From contig JAUSKK010000015.1 of the NCBI GenBank assembly GCA_030649345.1, positions 1 to 21,221 of the forward strand: a stretch of 21,221 nt of DNA. The letters are read 5' to 3'. A program made the translations under genes and the position numbers. The DNA is from Candidatus Iainarchaeum sp. (GTDB lineage: Archaea > Iainarchaeota > Iainarchaeia > Iainarchaeales > 0-14-0-20-34-12). Every line of letters starts with the position of its first letter. The stretch's first letter is position 1. The notes under the pieces were generated by a model, which saw nothing but the letters and a program-made list of their open reading frames with translations, ran no database searches and had not been told where the DNA came from. Below, one piece after another: positions 1 through 7,291 of this stretch.

Positions 1-1680
1 TTCTTTTTCGCTGGCAATTACTTTAATCGGAATCCGGTCATTCATAGCCATCAACAAACCTTGGCCTGAAACTGCAGTTAAAATAAAATTTTGTTCAGAT
101 TCTTTTAATCCAAACTTTTCACTCAATTCTTGAATCACTGCAGGCTCTTGTCTTAACAATAATTTCCAAGAAGTATTAGCCAAAACAGAATGTCCTGCTT
201 TAGATGAAAGCAAATCATTTACTTCCTGAGTAATAATCAATAATCCTGTTCCAAATTTTCTGGCAGTCTTGCAGATTTTGAAAATGTATTCTGCTTGATC
301 AGCATGCTTTAACAAACTCCAAGCCTCATCTATTACAATCAATTTTCTGTCTTTGTCTTTTTTGACTTTCTCATACAAATAATCCAATAACAAAAACATA
401 ATCACAGGCTTAACCTGTTCCGGCATATCCTTTACATTAAAAGTTACCAAGTGATTATTGAAATCAATCGAGGTCATATTATTCAAAAAAGAAAACGAAC
501 CAGTAGCATAAATCCGCAAACGATTCAACACAGCTTCATAAGTCATTTGCTGCATTTTCGAATTATTTTTTTTATACTCTTCATCTAACACTTCATACAA
601 ATCTTTCAACACCGGCGCAGAACGCTTCCAAGTTTCAGGATTCTCTGAAACAATTCCTTTACGCTTATATGTTTCATACAAAGCTTTGTCTAAAATATTT
701 TTTTGAACCTCATTCAATTCCGTAAACATAATCTTAAACAAATCCATTAAAGACAAAATTTTGTCGCCTAAATCTTTACCCATCAAATCCAACGGATTAA
801 TGATCGAATCCGAATTCCGGCTGATTTCCACAATCTGCCCCTTATGTGCTTTCGTTAACTCCAAATATTCTCCCTGCGGATCAATAACAAAAGTACGCGT
901 TTCATTCAGCAAATTTCTTAAAATATACAATTTTACAAAAAAGCTTTTTCCTGCACCGCTTGAACCCAAAATAAGCCCGTTATAATTTGCAAAAGTATAC
1001 GGATTCAAAATAATCGGAATAAAATTTTCATTATTTACGCCGAACATTATTCCTTTTTCTTGAATATTCAAAAAAGCAGTAGTAAAAGGAAAACAAGCAG
1101 CCAAAGCACTGCTGGAAATATTTCTAGAAACTTTTAATTTATCCTGCGCTAAAGGAAGAACAGACTGAAGCGCCAACTGTTGTTTTAGAAACGGAGTTTT
1201 TGGAATAATCATAATTGCATTTAATTCACTTTCAATTTTCCTGCTTAACAATTCCAATTCTTGTTTATTTTTTGCTCTCGCATTCAAGTATAAACCAAAA
1301 TTAAATAATTTTTCATCACCCAACTGCAAACGTTCCAGCATTTTTAAAGTATCATCATATTGAAGCTTTAAAGAAGGATTCACAATACCTTTCAATTCAC
1401 TTGCAATAATATCCGATTTCTGTTTTACTAATTCTTGATTTAATCTTTCTAAAACAACTTGAATGCTTTGAGGCTGAACATGCAAAGAAAGATCAAAATT
1501 TCCCGGACTAGAAATTAAAGCATTCAGCCAGCCCTCACGAATAAACCTAGGAAAACCAACAGCAGTTATTACACGATTAAACGAATCATTCAAACGAATA
1601 TGATCCGGATGATTTTCAATCCTAGAAGGCTTCAACAAATCTGTCAAATCCGTAATACCTAAACTATCTTCTTCAAGCAT
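1..1680 (-). CDS. VirB4/TrbE-family (DUF87-like) transfer ATPase; the C-terminal end runs off the left edge
   Basis: Absent from the ORF track because it is open at the window edge. My minus-strand translation from the ATG at 1680-1678 is open for all 560 codons (MLEEDSLGITDLTDLLKPSRIENHPDHIRLNDSF...). It shows Walker A GSSGAGKS (943-966), Walker B KLIVIDEAW (about 319-345), GLLIITQEVNDL, and a VirB4-like end ...GLLMAMNDRIPIKVIASEKE. Its ATG overlaps the stop of the upstream 71-aa ORF (ATGCTTGA). Confidence 0.8.
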   Translation of the reverse strand, partial: MLEEDSLGITDLTDLLKPSRIENHPDHIRLNDSFNRVITAVGFPRFIREGWLNALISSPGNFDLSLHVQPQSIQVVLERLNQELVKQKSDIIASELKGIVNPSLKLQYDDTLKMLERLQLGDEKLFNFGLYLNARAKNKQELELLSRKIESELNAIMIIPKTPFLKQQLALQSVLPLAQDKLKVSRNISSSALAACFPFTTAFLNIQEKGIMFGVNNENFIPIILNPYTFANYNGLILGSSGAGKSFFVKLYILRNLLNETRTFVIDPQGEYLELTKAHKGQIVEISRNSDSIINPLDLMGKDLGDKILSLMDLFKIMFTELNEVQKNILDKALYETYKRKGIVSENPETWKRSAPVLKDLYEVLDEEYKKNNSKMQQMTYEAVLNRLRIYATGSFSFLNNMTSIDFNNHLVTFNVKDMPEQVKPVIMFLLLDYLYEKVKKDKDRKLIVIDEAWSLLKHADQAEYIFKICKTARKFGTGLLIITQEVNDLLSSKAGHSVLANTSWKLLLRQEPAVIQELSEKFGLKESEQNFILTAVSGQGLLMAMNDRIPIKVIASEKE

Positions 1681-1888
1681 TTCTTTTACTCCTCTTCAGC
1701 TTCTTAGACAATCCTTTAATTTCACAATCAATCTGATGACTCATCTCTAAAGCCTTCAACTTATTGCCTTTCTTAAGTTCCACTACAATTTCAGGAATAG
1801 CTTTCTTCCAAGCCTTGTCTAGCTGGCACTTCTTCAATAAAATCACCTCAATCCAATGATGCAACAAAATTTCCGCTAGCATCCACAT
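1673..1888 (-). CDS. Small hypothetical protein (71 aa, helical, basic tail) translationally coupled to the ATPase
   Basis: ORF from the track. Its TGA stop overlaps the ATPase ATG in an 8-nt overlap. I recognise no family. Confidence 0.4.
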   Translation of the reverse strand: MWMLAEILLHHWIEVILLKKCQLDKAWKKAIPEIVVELKKGNKLKALEMSHQIDCEIKGLSKKLKRSKRNA

Positions 1889-2048
1889 ACTTTTCAGGCA
1901 TTGTAGTGCCTAATTTTATGCACAAAAAGAATTGTCCTTTGCGTAATAAAACCATGCAAGAAACTAGTCTAATTCATCATTTCCAAAGATGAGCAAAAAG
2001 TCGATGGTGGAAAACTGATTTTGTTCAAGCCAAGAAACAAACTTTGAG

Positions 2049-3011
2049 CTACTCGTCATCAATATCTTTTAGGTATTTTGGAAATATGCGCTGAATCTTT
2101 TCTGCTTCTTCTTTCAAGAACTCAAATGCTACTTGCCATTGGGTCTTATTTGTTACTTCGATTTGCTTTTCTATTTTTATTCGAGATGCTTTTTTGTCAG
2201 GCAATTCCATCCAAACTAACGGTGCCCCAATATCTTTCTCAATAGCGTCTTTTTTACTAAACAAATGTTGGAAAATTTTTTTGTCTGGATCGTTAGCCGA
2301 GTAGAATGCTGCGCTTACTAAGTTCTGTCGAGTATCCATTACAAGCGATAGGTATCCTTTTGATGTTCCTATTGCCAGATCGCACCAATGTTGAGGATAA
2401 ACTTTGCGGGATTTTAGATTTGATTTTTTATTCTTTAGGAAGTCCATAAAAGAGTTCCAGAACTCAAGTTGCATTTTTTTTGTTTCTGTTAAGTCCTTTT
2501 TTATATCTACTGATTGTTTGAGGTTTTTAGCCCAATAATCCGGTTCACAAACAATATTGAATTTAGGGGCGGGGCGTGAATCATCGATTTGCCAAGCTTC
2601 TATTCTTACAACAAAAAATTTGACTTCTCCAGAACTAATCTCATTTAACCAATCGATTGCAGTTCGATGTTCTTCACGTAGATCTTTGCAAATCAAGATT
2701 ACTATCTTTGCTTCAACTCCTGAAGCATATGTAATAAGTTTTCCAAGATGGTCATGATCAGAATCTTCAAGTTGATTTTCTATGACAACGTATTCCTCAC
2801 TCTCAGAATCGGGATTTGGTATTTTTGCTACTAGATCTGCTGAAAAACCACCTATTGCCTTTTCTCTTTCCACTAATTCTAAGGGAATTTTCAGTTCAGT
2901 CGCTAGCATATCAAGATTTTCTTTATGGCTCAACCATTCTGTAAAATCAGATGCTTCATTTTTCCATAACTCCCTAAGATGCACTTGTTTAAGGTTACCG
3001 AAACTGCCCAT
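2049..3011 (-). CDS. DUF4268-type protein with an N-terminal NucS/tRNA-endonuclease-like PD-(D/E)xK nuclease domain
   Basis: 320-aa ORF. The N-terminal pattern ...GGFSADLVAKI...EEYVVIENQLEDSDHDHLGKLITYASGVEAKIVILI... matches the conserved D...(V)IENQLE.(T/S)DH.HLG(K/Q)L(I/L)TYA signature I associate with DUF4268 / NucS-like nuclease fusions. The C-terminal half is W/F-rich (EFWNSF...), as in DUF4268. Confidence 0.65.
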   Translation of the reverse strand: MGSFGNLKQVHLRELWKNEASDFTEWLSHKENLDMLATELKIPLELVEREKAIGGFSADLVAKIPNPDSESEEYVVIENQLEDSDHDHLGKLITYASGVEAKIVILICKDLREEHRTAIDWLNEISSGEVKFFVVRIEAWQIDDSRPAPKFNIVCEPDYWAKNLKQSVDIKKDLTETKKMQLEFWNSFMDFLKNKKSNLKSRKVYPQHWCDLAIGTSKGYLSLVMDTRQNLVSAAFYSANDPDKKIFQHLFSKKDAIEKDIGAPLVWMELPDKKASRIKIEKQIEVTNKTQWQVAFEFLKEEAEKIQRIFPKYLKDIDDE

Positions 3012-3216
3012 GTTATCACAGTATCACTTGGGTATATAATCTTTTAACTTTATGGCCAATCGGAATTCTGCAAAATATGTCAAATTCTTCATTAATAAGC
3101 ACACAATGACTTTTACGTAGTGCTTAAATTTTTTCCAGTTCATGAACTCGCATACTTGTTTCTTTATTAAGGCCGAGAACAGAGTTTGTTATAGTGCTAA
3201 GAGAGTGTGGTTGAAA

Positions 3217-3390
3217 ATGGTATTTATTCGCGCGAAACGGTTTGGCAGACAAACCTATTATTATTTGGTGGAAAACAAACGAGTAAACGGCCGAGTTCTT
3301 CAAAAAGTAAAAGCATATTTAGGAAAAAATCGAGGTGAAGGAAATGGATTTAACACAGCAATGCATGGTAACAGGCCAGAAAGGATTTGA
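3217..3390 (+). CDS. Small basic protein (57 aa from the internal ATG; the track ORF starts at 3142)
   Basis: MVFIRAKRFGRQTYYYLVENKRVNGRVLQKVKAYLGKN... resembles the N-terminal leader motif (MFIR...Y.YLVES.R..GKV.Q....LG) of IS1634/IS4-type transposases. Here it is a stand-alone mini-ORF. Start choice is uncertain. Confidence 0.35.
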   Translation: MVFIRAKRFGRQTYYYLVENKRVNGRVLQKVKAYLGKNRGEGNGFNTAMHGNRPERI

Positions 3391-3613
3391 AAGCGAACAG
3401 CCAGTAAAGTTTGCTATTTTAGAAGTTCAAGGAAAAGCCTATGACAAAATAAAACTCAACAAAATTCCAGGACTAAAATTCAAAGAAGTTTTAACAGTCA
3501 GTGAGTTTCCAAATCATCGAGATCATCCAATCATTGTTATATCCACTTGCGAAATCCTATTGGGCGGAGAAGAAAAAGCAAGCAAAAGAACACTCTGCGT
3601 GATTGGGAAATGA
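3344..3613 (+). CDS. Hypothetical protein (89 aa)
   Basis: The ATG at 3344 is preceded by GAGGTG (3332-3337, a Shine-Dalgarno-like sequence). It overlaps the previous ORF by 47 nt in the +1 frame. No family recognised. Confidence 0.4.
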   Translation: MDLTQQCMVTGQKGFESEQPVKFAILEVQGKAYDKIKLNKIPGLKFKEVLTVSEFPNHRDHPIIVISTCEILLGGEEKASKRTLCVIGK

Positions 3614-3672
3614 ATTAGTTTGCCAAGTTTCAAATTAAGAATTAAAATAGATGTGCGTAAATATATGTTGGA

Positions 3673-4572
3673 ATGTCAGATAAAAAGTCCGGCTCGTTTG
3701 AAGATGAATATTCACACATTAAAGCATTTAATGAGCAAGGCTATTTACTTGCAGAAAAACTTTATAAAGCTGCACAAAGTACATACCAGAATCATTTTTG
3801 GATGCCTGAAGCAATGGAATCTCCTGTTATAACAGACGTCGACCTAAAAAAATCTTCAAAAATTGATTTGATTTTAAAACATGAAGAAATGAATGGGGGC
3901 CCATGGCATTATGCCCTTGTCGAATGTAAAAGATTAAATCCAGAATATGTATTTTGGGCTTTTCCTTACAAGAATGAGTGTAACGGATATGTAAAAGTAA
4001 ATTCAATTGAAAATCAAACCAAAAATTTTGTATCAAGTTTTACTCCTTTTTCAAGTGAGTGGAAGTTTGAAAATTTTAATACAGTCAAAAAAGCAACATG
4101 GGGAGTTTCTGTCAGGGAAAAAGCCCAACAAAGTAGAATTTCTAATACTGATGAGATTGAAAAAGCCGCAGTTCAAGTATGCACTCAAACGTATGGATTT
4201 ATTGCAAAAGAAACGCGTGCATTAAGTGAAACTGTTTCATCAGAGCATTACTCACGCCGATACTTTTACCCGATAATTGTTACATCAGCACCTCTCTTTG
4301 TAATGGGCTTTAATCCTGAAGAAATCGATGACTTAGGTAGTTTTAAATTAAAGCGTGAACGAATGGAAGTAGATTGGCTTATTTATGAGCATGTTATCGA
4401 TCCATGGATAACAAGAGATTGGGGACTTACCAGATATAGTACTGCGGATGTTCGTATGGAAAAATATCGCAGCACTATTGACATTCTTATAGTTAATTCT
4501 GCAAAATTTTTAGATTTTTTAGATGCATTAACTAATGGTATTTCTTTACGAACACAAAAAACTAAAAATTAA
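3673..4572 (+). CDS. Hypothetical protein with a PD-(D/E)xK nuclease-like core motif
   Basis: 299-aa ORF. The stretch ...SSKIDLILKHEEMNGGPWHYALVECKRL... gives D65-x18-E84-x-K86 in a beta-strand-like hydrophobic context, the restriction-endonuclease-fold signature. No methyltransferase partner is visible. Confidence 0.45.
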   Translation: MSDKKSGSFEDEYSHIKAFNEQGYLLAEKLYKAAQSTYQNHFWMPEAMESPVITDVDLKKSSKIDLILKHEEMNGGPWHYALVECKRLNPEYVFWAFPYKNECNGYVKVNSIENQTKNFVSSFTPFSSEWKFENFNTVKKATWGVSVREKAQQSRISNTDEIEKAAVQVCTQTYGFIAKETRALSETVSSEHYSRRYFYPIIVTSAPLFVMGFNPEEIDDLGSFKLKRERMEVDWLIYEHVIDPWITRDWGLTRYSTADVRMEKYRSTIDILIVNSAKFLDFLDALTNGISLRTQKTKN

Positions 4573-4585
4573 TACTTTTTTTGAT
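4573..4585. terminator. Oligo-T tract between convergent genes
   Basis: TAATACTTTTTTTGATTTAA: a T7 run lies in the 13-nt gap between the stop of 3673..4572 (+) and the stop of the integrase (-). Archaeal termination uses oligo-T. Confidence 0.3.
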
Positions 4586-5839
4586 TTAAGTCATTCCTTT
4601 TGCAGTTTTATTTTTGCTCCATTCATTCAAAAATTCCGAAAACTGCTTTAAGTTCAGTCCTTTGTTTTCTAAATCTTTTAATTGACTAACTACATTATTG
4701 AGGAATTCATAGCTTTGTCCTTGTTTGTTTTCAATAACTTGCATAGCAATTTTTTCGTTTAATGCATTTCCGCATTTTTTGCATAAAGAAAAATTGGAAG
4801 AATTTTTTTCTTGACAGCGTTTACAGATTATTTGCCCGATTTTTGTTTCTTCTTCAGTTTCTTTGTCTTTAATTCCGTATGTGGCTAGTATTGCTGTATC
4901 TATATCTCGTCCGCTTAAGTGAACATATCTTGAAGCCATATCGCTTTCTTGTGTCCAGCCGAAGTACATTTTTAATTGAGCTTCGGTTAATTTTTTAGCC
5001 AAATGAGTTGCCCGAGAGTGTCTAAAAGAGTGCGGGTTAACTCTTTTTTTAATGTCAGCCTTTTCGGCTATGACTCGAAGCAGTTTTCGAGCAGTAGTGT
5101 GAGTAATCGGTTCTAGTGTCGTATGAGCTGATTCATATAAAGCTGGCCATAAAGGTGCGCTTGGATTTTTTTTAAATGGATGAATAGTAAGCCAGTTCGC
5201 TAAATAGTTTGTGCAAGCCACTAAAGGAATTCTTCTTTGTCCAGTTTTACCTTTAACTGTAATGGATGTAACATGTTCGCCGAAAACTATGTCTTTAATT
5301 TCTAAACCCAGTAATTCGCCGATGCGTGCACCGCTTTCATACAAAGTATAAATTAAGGCTTTATCCCGAAGATTGTTAGCTCTGTCAATTAATTGCAAGA
5401 CTTCTTCTTCAGTTAAAATATCTTCCGGCAAAATACAGTTCTTGGGTTTTTTTGCTTTAATCCATTTAACTAATTTTGGTGCTTCCTCGTCATTGCCTAA
5501 CAGCCACTTATAAAAACGTTTCAATATTTTTTTGAAATCCACTTTTGTATATTCTGAATATTTTGGATTGGAATCAAAGTCAATGATAAGTTTACGAATA
5601 TGTGAAACATCTGCGTTCCTAAAATCAGTATTTAATTTCTTTAATTGAACTGCATATTTTTTCAAAAACAATACACACTTACGCAAACGTTGGGCACTAA
5701 TGCTTTTGGCCAGCATGTCTTCAACGTAATCCAAAATGCATTGAATGTCAGCTGGATTTAATTCCTCACAGTTCTTCAAATGGTCTAAGCTGGTTGTGAG
5801 ACCAGTTTCCGAATAATAAGTCTTTCTATATGATGCCAT
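4586..5839 (-). CDS. Tyrosine recombinase/integrase (XerC/D/A-like) with a C-terminal zinc-ribbon extension
   Basis: 417 aa. Motifs present are ESGARIGELLGL (Arg I), HSFRHSRATHLA (H-x-x-R), GWTQESDM and ASRYVHLSG (catalytic Tyr about aa 305). A further 112 aa follow, containing CKRCQEKNSSNFSLCKKCGN (C-x2-C-x10-C-x2-C, about 4772-4825). Confidence 0.9.
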   Translation of the reverse strand: MASYRKTYYSETGLTTSLDHLKNCEELNPADIQCILDYVEDMLAKSISAQRLRKCVLFLKKYAVQLKKLNTDFRNADVSHIRKLIIDFDSNPKYSEYTKVDFKKILKRFYKWLLGNDEEAPKLVKWIKAKKPKNCILPEDILTEEEVLQLIDRANNLRDKALIYTLYESGARIGELLGLEIKDIVFGEHVTSITVKGKTGQRRIPLVACTNYLANWLTIHPFKKNPSAPLWPALYESAHTTLEPITHTTARKLLRVIAEKADIKKRVNPHSFRHSRATHLAKKLTEAQLKMYFGWTQESDMASRYVHLSGRDIDTAILATYGIKDKETEEETKIGQIICKRCQEKNSSNFSLCKKCGNALNEKIAMQVIENKQGQSYEFLNNVVSQLKDLENKGLNLKQFSEFLNEWSKNKTAKGMT

Positions 5840-5896
5840 AGTTACTATATGACACTATAGTCTTATAAACCTGGGGGAATATACCCCAAGTATAGA

Positions 5897-6041
5897 TGCT
5901 CCCGCCGGGAATCGAACCCGAATTAAGGGCTAACATCAATCATTTCTAAATTCCAATATCCTTCAAAATTAAAGGGAGGTATCGGAACCGTAGGTTCTGA
6001 TTGTGAAAGGCCCCTGTGCTTAGCCGTTACACTACAGGAGC
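5897..6041 (-). tRNA. tRNA-Glu (anticodon UUC) with a 72-nt intron after position 37
   Basis: Hand-folded cloverleaf:
- Acceptor stem GCTCCTG/CGGGAGC with discriminator A.
- D arm GTGT-AACGGCTAA-GCAC.
- Anticodon stem GGGGC/GCCCT with loop C-T-TTC-A; anticodon at 6005-6007.
- T arm TCGGG-TTCGATT-CCCGG.
- Exons 6004-6041 and 5897-5931; intron 5932-6003.
No CCA is encoded. The region is GC-rich relative to its surroundings. Confidence 0.85.
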
Positions 6042-6060
6042 ACCCAAACTAACTTCAGTC

Positions 6061-6178
6061 AGCTGTGCTGGAGCAATGCGGCAGCACAATTACAACGTAT
6101 CCGTTTTAATGTGCATTACACCCAAGGTGTAATCGCACTGCAACACACCAACCAGGTTATGGTTGGGTTGCTCTTCTA
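6061..6178 (-). ncRNA. Candidate structured RNA or pre-tRNA leader (four consecutive hairpins); class unknown
   Basis: GC-rich block in an AT-rich spacer with four hairpins:
- GTGCTG(6065-6070)/CAGCAC(6082-6087).
- AACG(6094-6097)/CGTT(6102-6105).
- GTGC+ATTACACC(6111-6122)/GGTGTAAT+GCAC(6126-6138).
- GCAAC+CCAACC(6140-6153)/GGTTGG+GTTGC(6161-6171).
A TATA-like TATTTAAAAA on the minus strand (6199-6208) sits about 25 nt upstream of the block. The strand is assigned from that element and from the adjacent tRNA. Confidence 0.35.
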
Positions 6179-6265
6179 GAAATGGTTTAAGAAAATGGTT
6201 TTTAAATAGTATGCAAATATATTCTATTAATTCTAATTAAAGAATTGTAAATTAAAGGTTATTTT

Positions 6266-6430
6266 ATGGCCCATTTTCCTGAAGCAAGCAAACGATTGTT
6301 TGACAATGTATGGATTTGCATGCGCTGCAATTCCAAGAACCGAGTAGCTCCAGGCGGAAAGCCAACCAAGTGCAGAAAGTGTAAAAGCTCTAAATTACGC
6401 TTAAAACGCAAATTAAAGAAAAAAGCGTAA
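6266..6430 (+). CDS. rpl40e: 50S ribosomal protein L40e
   Basis: 54-aa ORF below the track cutoff: MAHFPEASKRLFDNVWICMRCNSKNRVAPGGKPTKCRKCKSSKLRLKRKLKKKA. It has the C-x2-C...C-x2-C zinc ribbon and the basic tail typical of archaeal L40e. Confidence 0.85.
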   Translation: MAHFPEASKRLFDNVWICMRCNSKNRVAPGGKPTKCRKCKSSKLRLKRKLKKKA

Positions 6431-6461
6431 AGTAATAAACTCTTTTTTCCTAGTTTTCTTT

Positions 6462-7286
6462 ATGTCTTTTATAGACTATTTAAAATTGTTGAGACCTTTT
6501 AATTGCATTCTAGGCTCCTTGGCAGTCTGGATTGGCTACACCATTGCAGTACATGCTTTACTGATTCCAACCATTTCAGTGCTTTTAGCTATGCTGGTTG
6601 TTTTTTTGATTTGCGGAGCTGGTCAAGTCATTAATGATTTTTTTGATGTTGAACTGGATCGAAAATTAAATTCAGAAAAACCTTTGCCTTCTGGAAAAAT
6701 TTCTCTCCAAAATGCATTCAGTTATTCCATTGGCTTATTTGTTATCGGAAATATTTTGGCATTCTTTTTGGGATTTACTCAATTCTTGATTGCAGTTGTA
6801 TTTAGTGTTTTATTAATTTTGTATGCTTGGAAAATCTCCAAGAACTATAAATATATTGGAAACTGGGTTGTTGCTTTAGGCACAGCTTTTACTTTAATCT
6901 ACGGAGCTTCTCTTGCAAATAATTATGTTTTGGTTATTTATTTTGCTTTGTCTGCTTTGTTTGCAAATTTGTCCAGAGAATTAATTAAAGATTTAGAAGA
7001 TGTGGAAAAAGATCAAGGATTCAAAAAAACTTTGCCTATGCTTTTGCCTAAAAAAGAAGTCAAAATATATATTGGTTTTTTTTATTTCGTTTCCGCAATT
7101 TTGGCTTTTGCTGTCTATGTTTTGTTTTCTTTGAATTTTTATTTTTTAATTCTTTTAGGAATAACTATTTTGATTTTTATTTTATCTTTAAAAGAAACAG
7201 TGCATGAAAATTTTAAGCTTGCTCAAAGATATTCTAAAAATGGAATGGCCATAGCTTTGCTGGCTTTTTTAGTTAGTGTTCTTTAA
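6462..7286 (+). CDS. UbiA-family prenyltransferase, most likely digeranylgeranylglyceryl phosphate (DGGGP) synthase
   Basis: 274 aa and polytopic. First Asp-rich motif is GQVINDFFDVELDR...PLPSGKIS and the second is IKDLEDVEKD. Size and motifs match archaeal DGGGP synthases. Confidence 0.8.
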   Translation: MSFIDYLKLLRPFNCILGSLAVWIGYTIAVHALLIPTISVLLAMLVVFLICGAGQVINDFFDVELDRKLNSEKPLPSGKISLQNAFSYSIGLFVIGNILAFFLGFTQFLIAVVFSVLLILYAWKISKNYKYIGNWVVALGTAFTLIYGASLANNYVLVIYFALSALFANLSRELIKDLEDVEKDQGFKKTLPMLLPKKEVKIYIGFFYFVSAILAFAVYVLFSLNFYFLILLGITILIFILSLKETVHENFKLAQRYSKNGMAIALLAFLVSVL

Positions 7287-7291
7287 ATTTT

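Larger units (their letters stand above)
1..5896. mobile_element. Right-hand part of an integrated conjugative-plasmid/ICE-like element. The left boundary lies outside the window and the right boundary is at or inside the tRNA 3' end.
   Basis: A VirB4-like ATPase, nuclease cargo and an intact tyrosine integrase are contiguous. The integrase start codon (5839) lies 57 nt from the 3' end of a tRNA gene (5897). Core housekeeping genes begin immediately on the other side of the tRNA. Confidence 0.6.

Noticed and set aside
803-816. ATCGAATCCGAATT, a 13/14 match to the tRNA T-arm segment ATCGAACCCGAATT (5911-5924); considered as a possible second att copy
   Set aside because: It lies inside the ATPase coding frame and the flanks do not match. 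A match of this size is plausible by chance when any ~14-mer of the tRNA is allowed. The true att partner is expected beyond the left edge.
761-985. 74-aa plus-strand ORF from the track
   Set aside because: It lies antisense inside the VirB4-like ATPase reading frame, directly opposite the Walker A region. It uses a TTG start and has low-complexity composition. It is a shadow ORF.
2557-3039. Plus-strand ORFs 2557..2757 and 2782..3039
   Set aside because: They are antisense to the well-supported DUF4268 gene, with no independent signals.
3142-3216. N-terminal 25 codons of the track ORF 3142..3390 (MNSHTCFFIKAENRVCYSAKRVWLK)
   Set aside because: The recognisable motif begins at the internal ATG at 3217 (MVFIR...). 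The upstream part looks like read-through of promoter DNA. I kept 3217 as the start, but this is not settled.
3620-4225. ORFs 3620..3832(+), 3827..4036(-) and 4007..4225(+)
   Set aside because: They overlap the longer 299-aa ORF in other frames or strands. Such ORFs are typical AT-rich frame noise.
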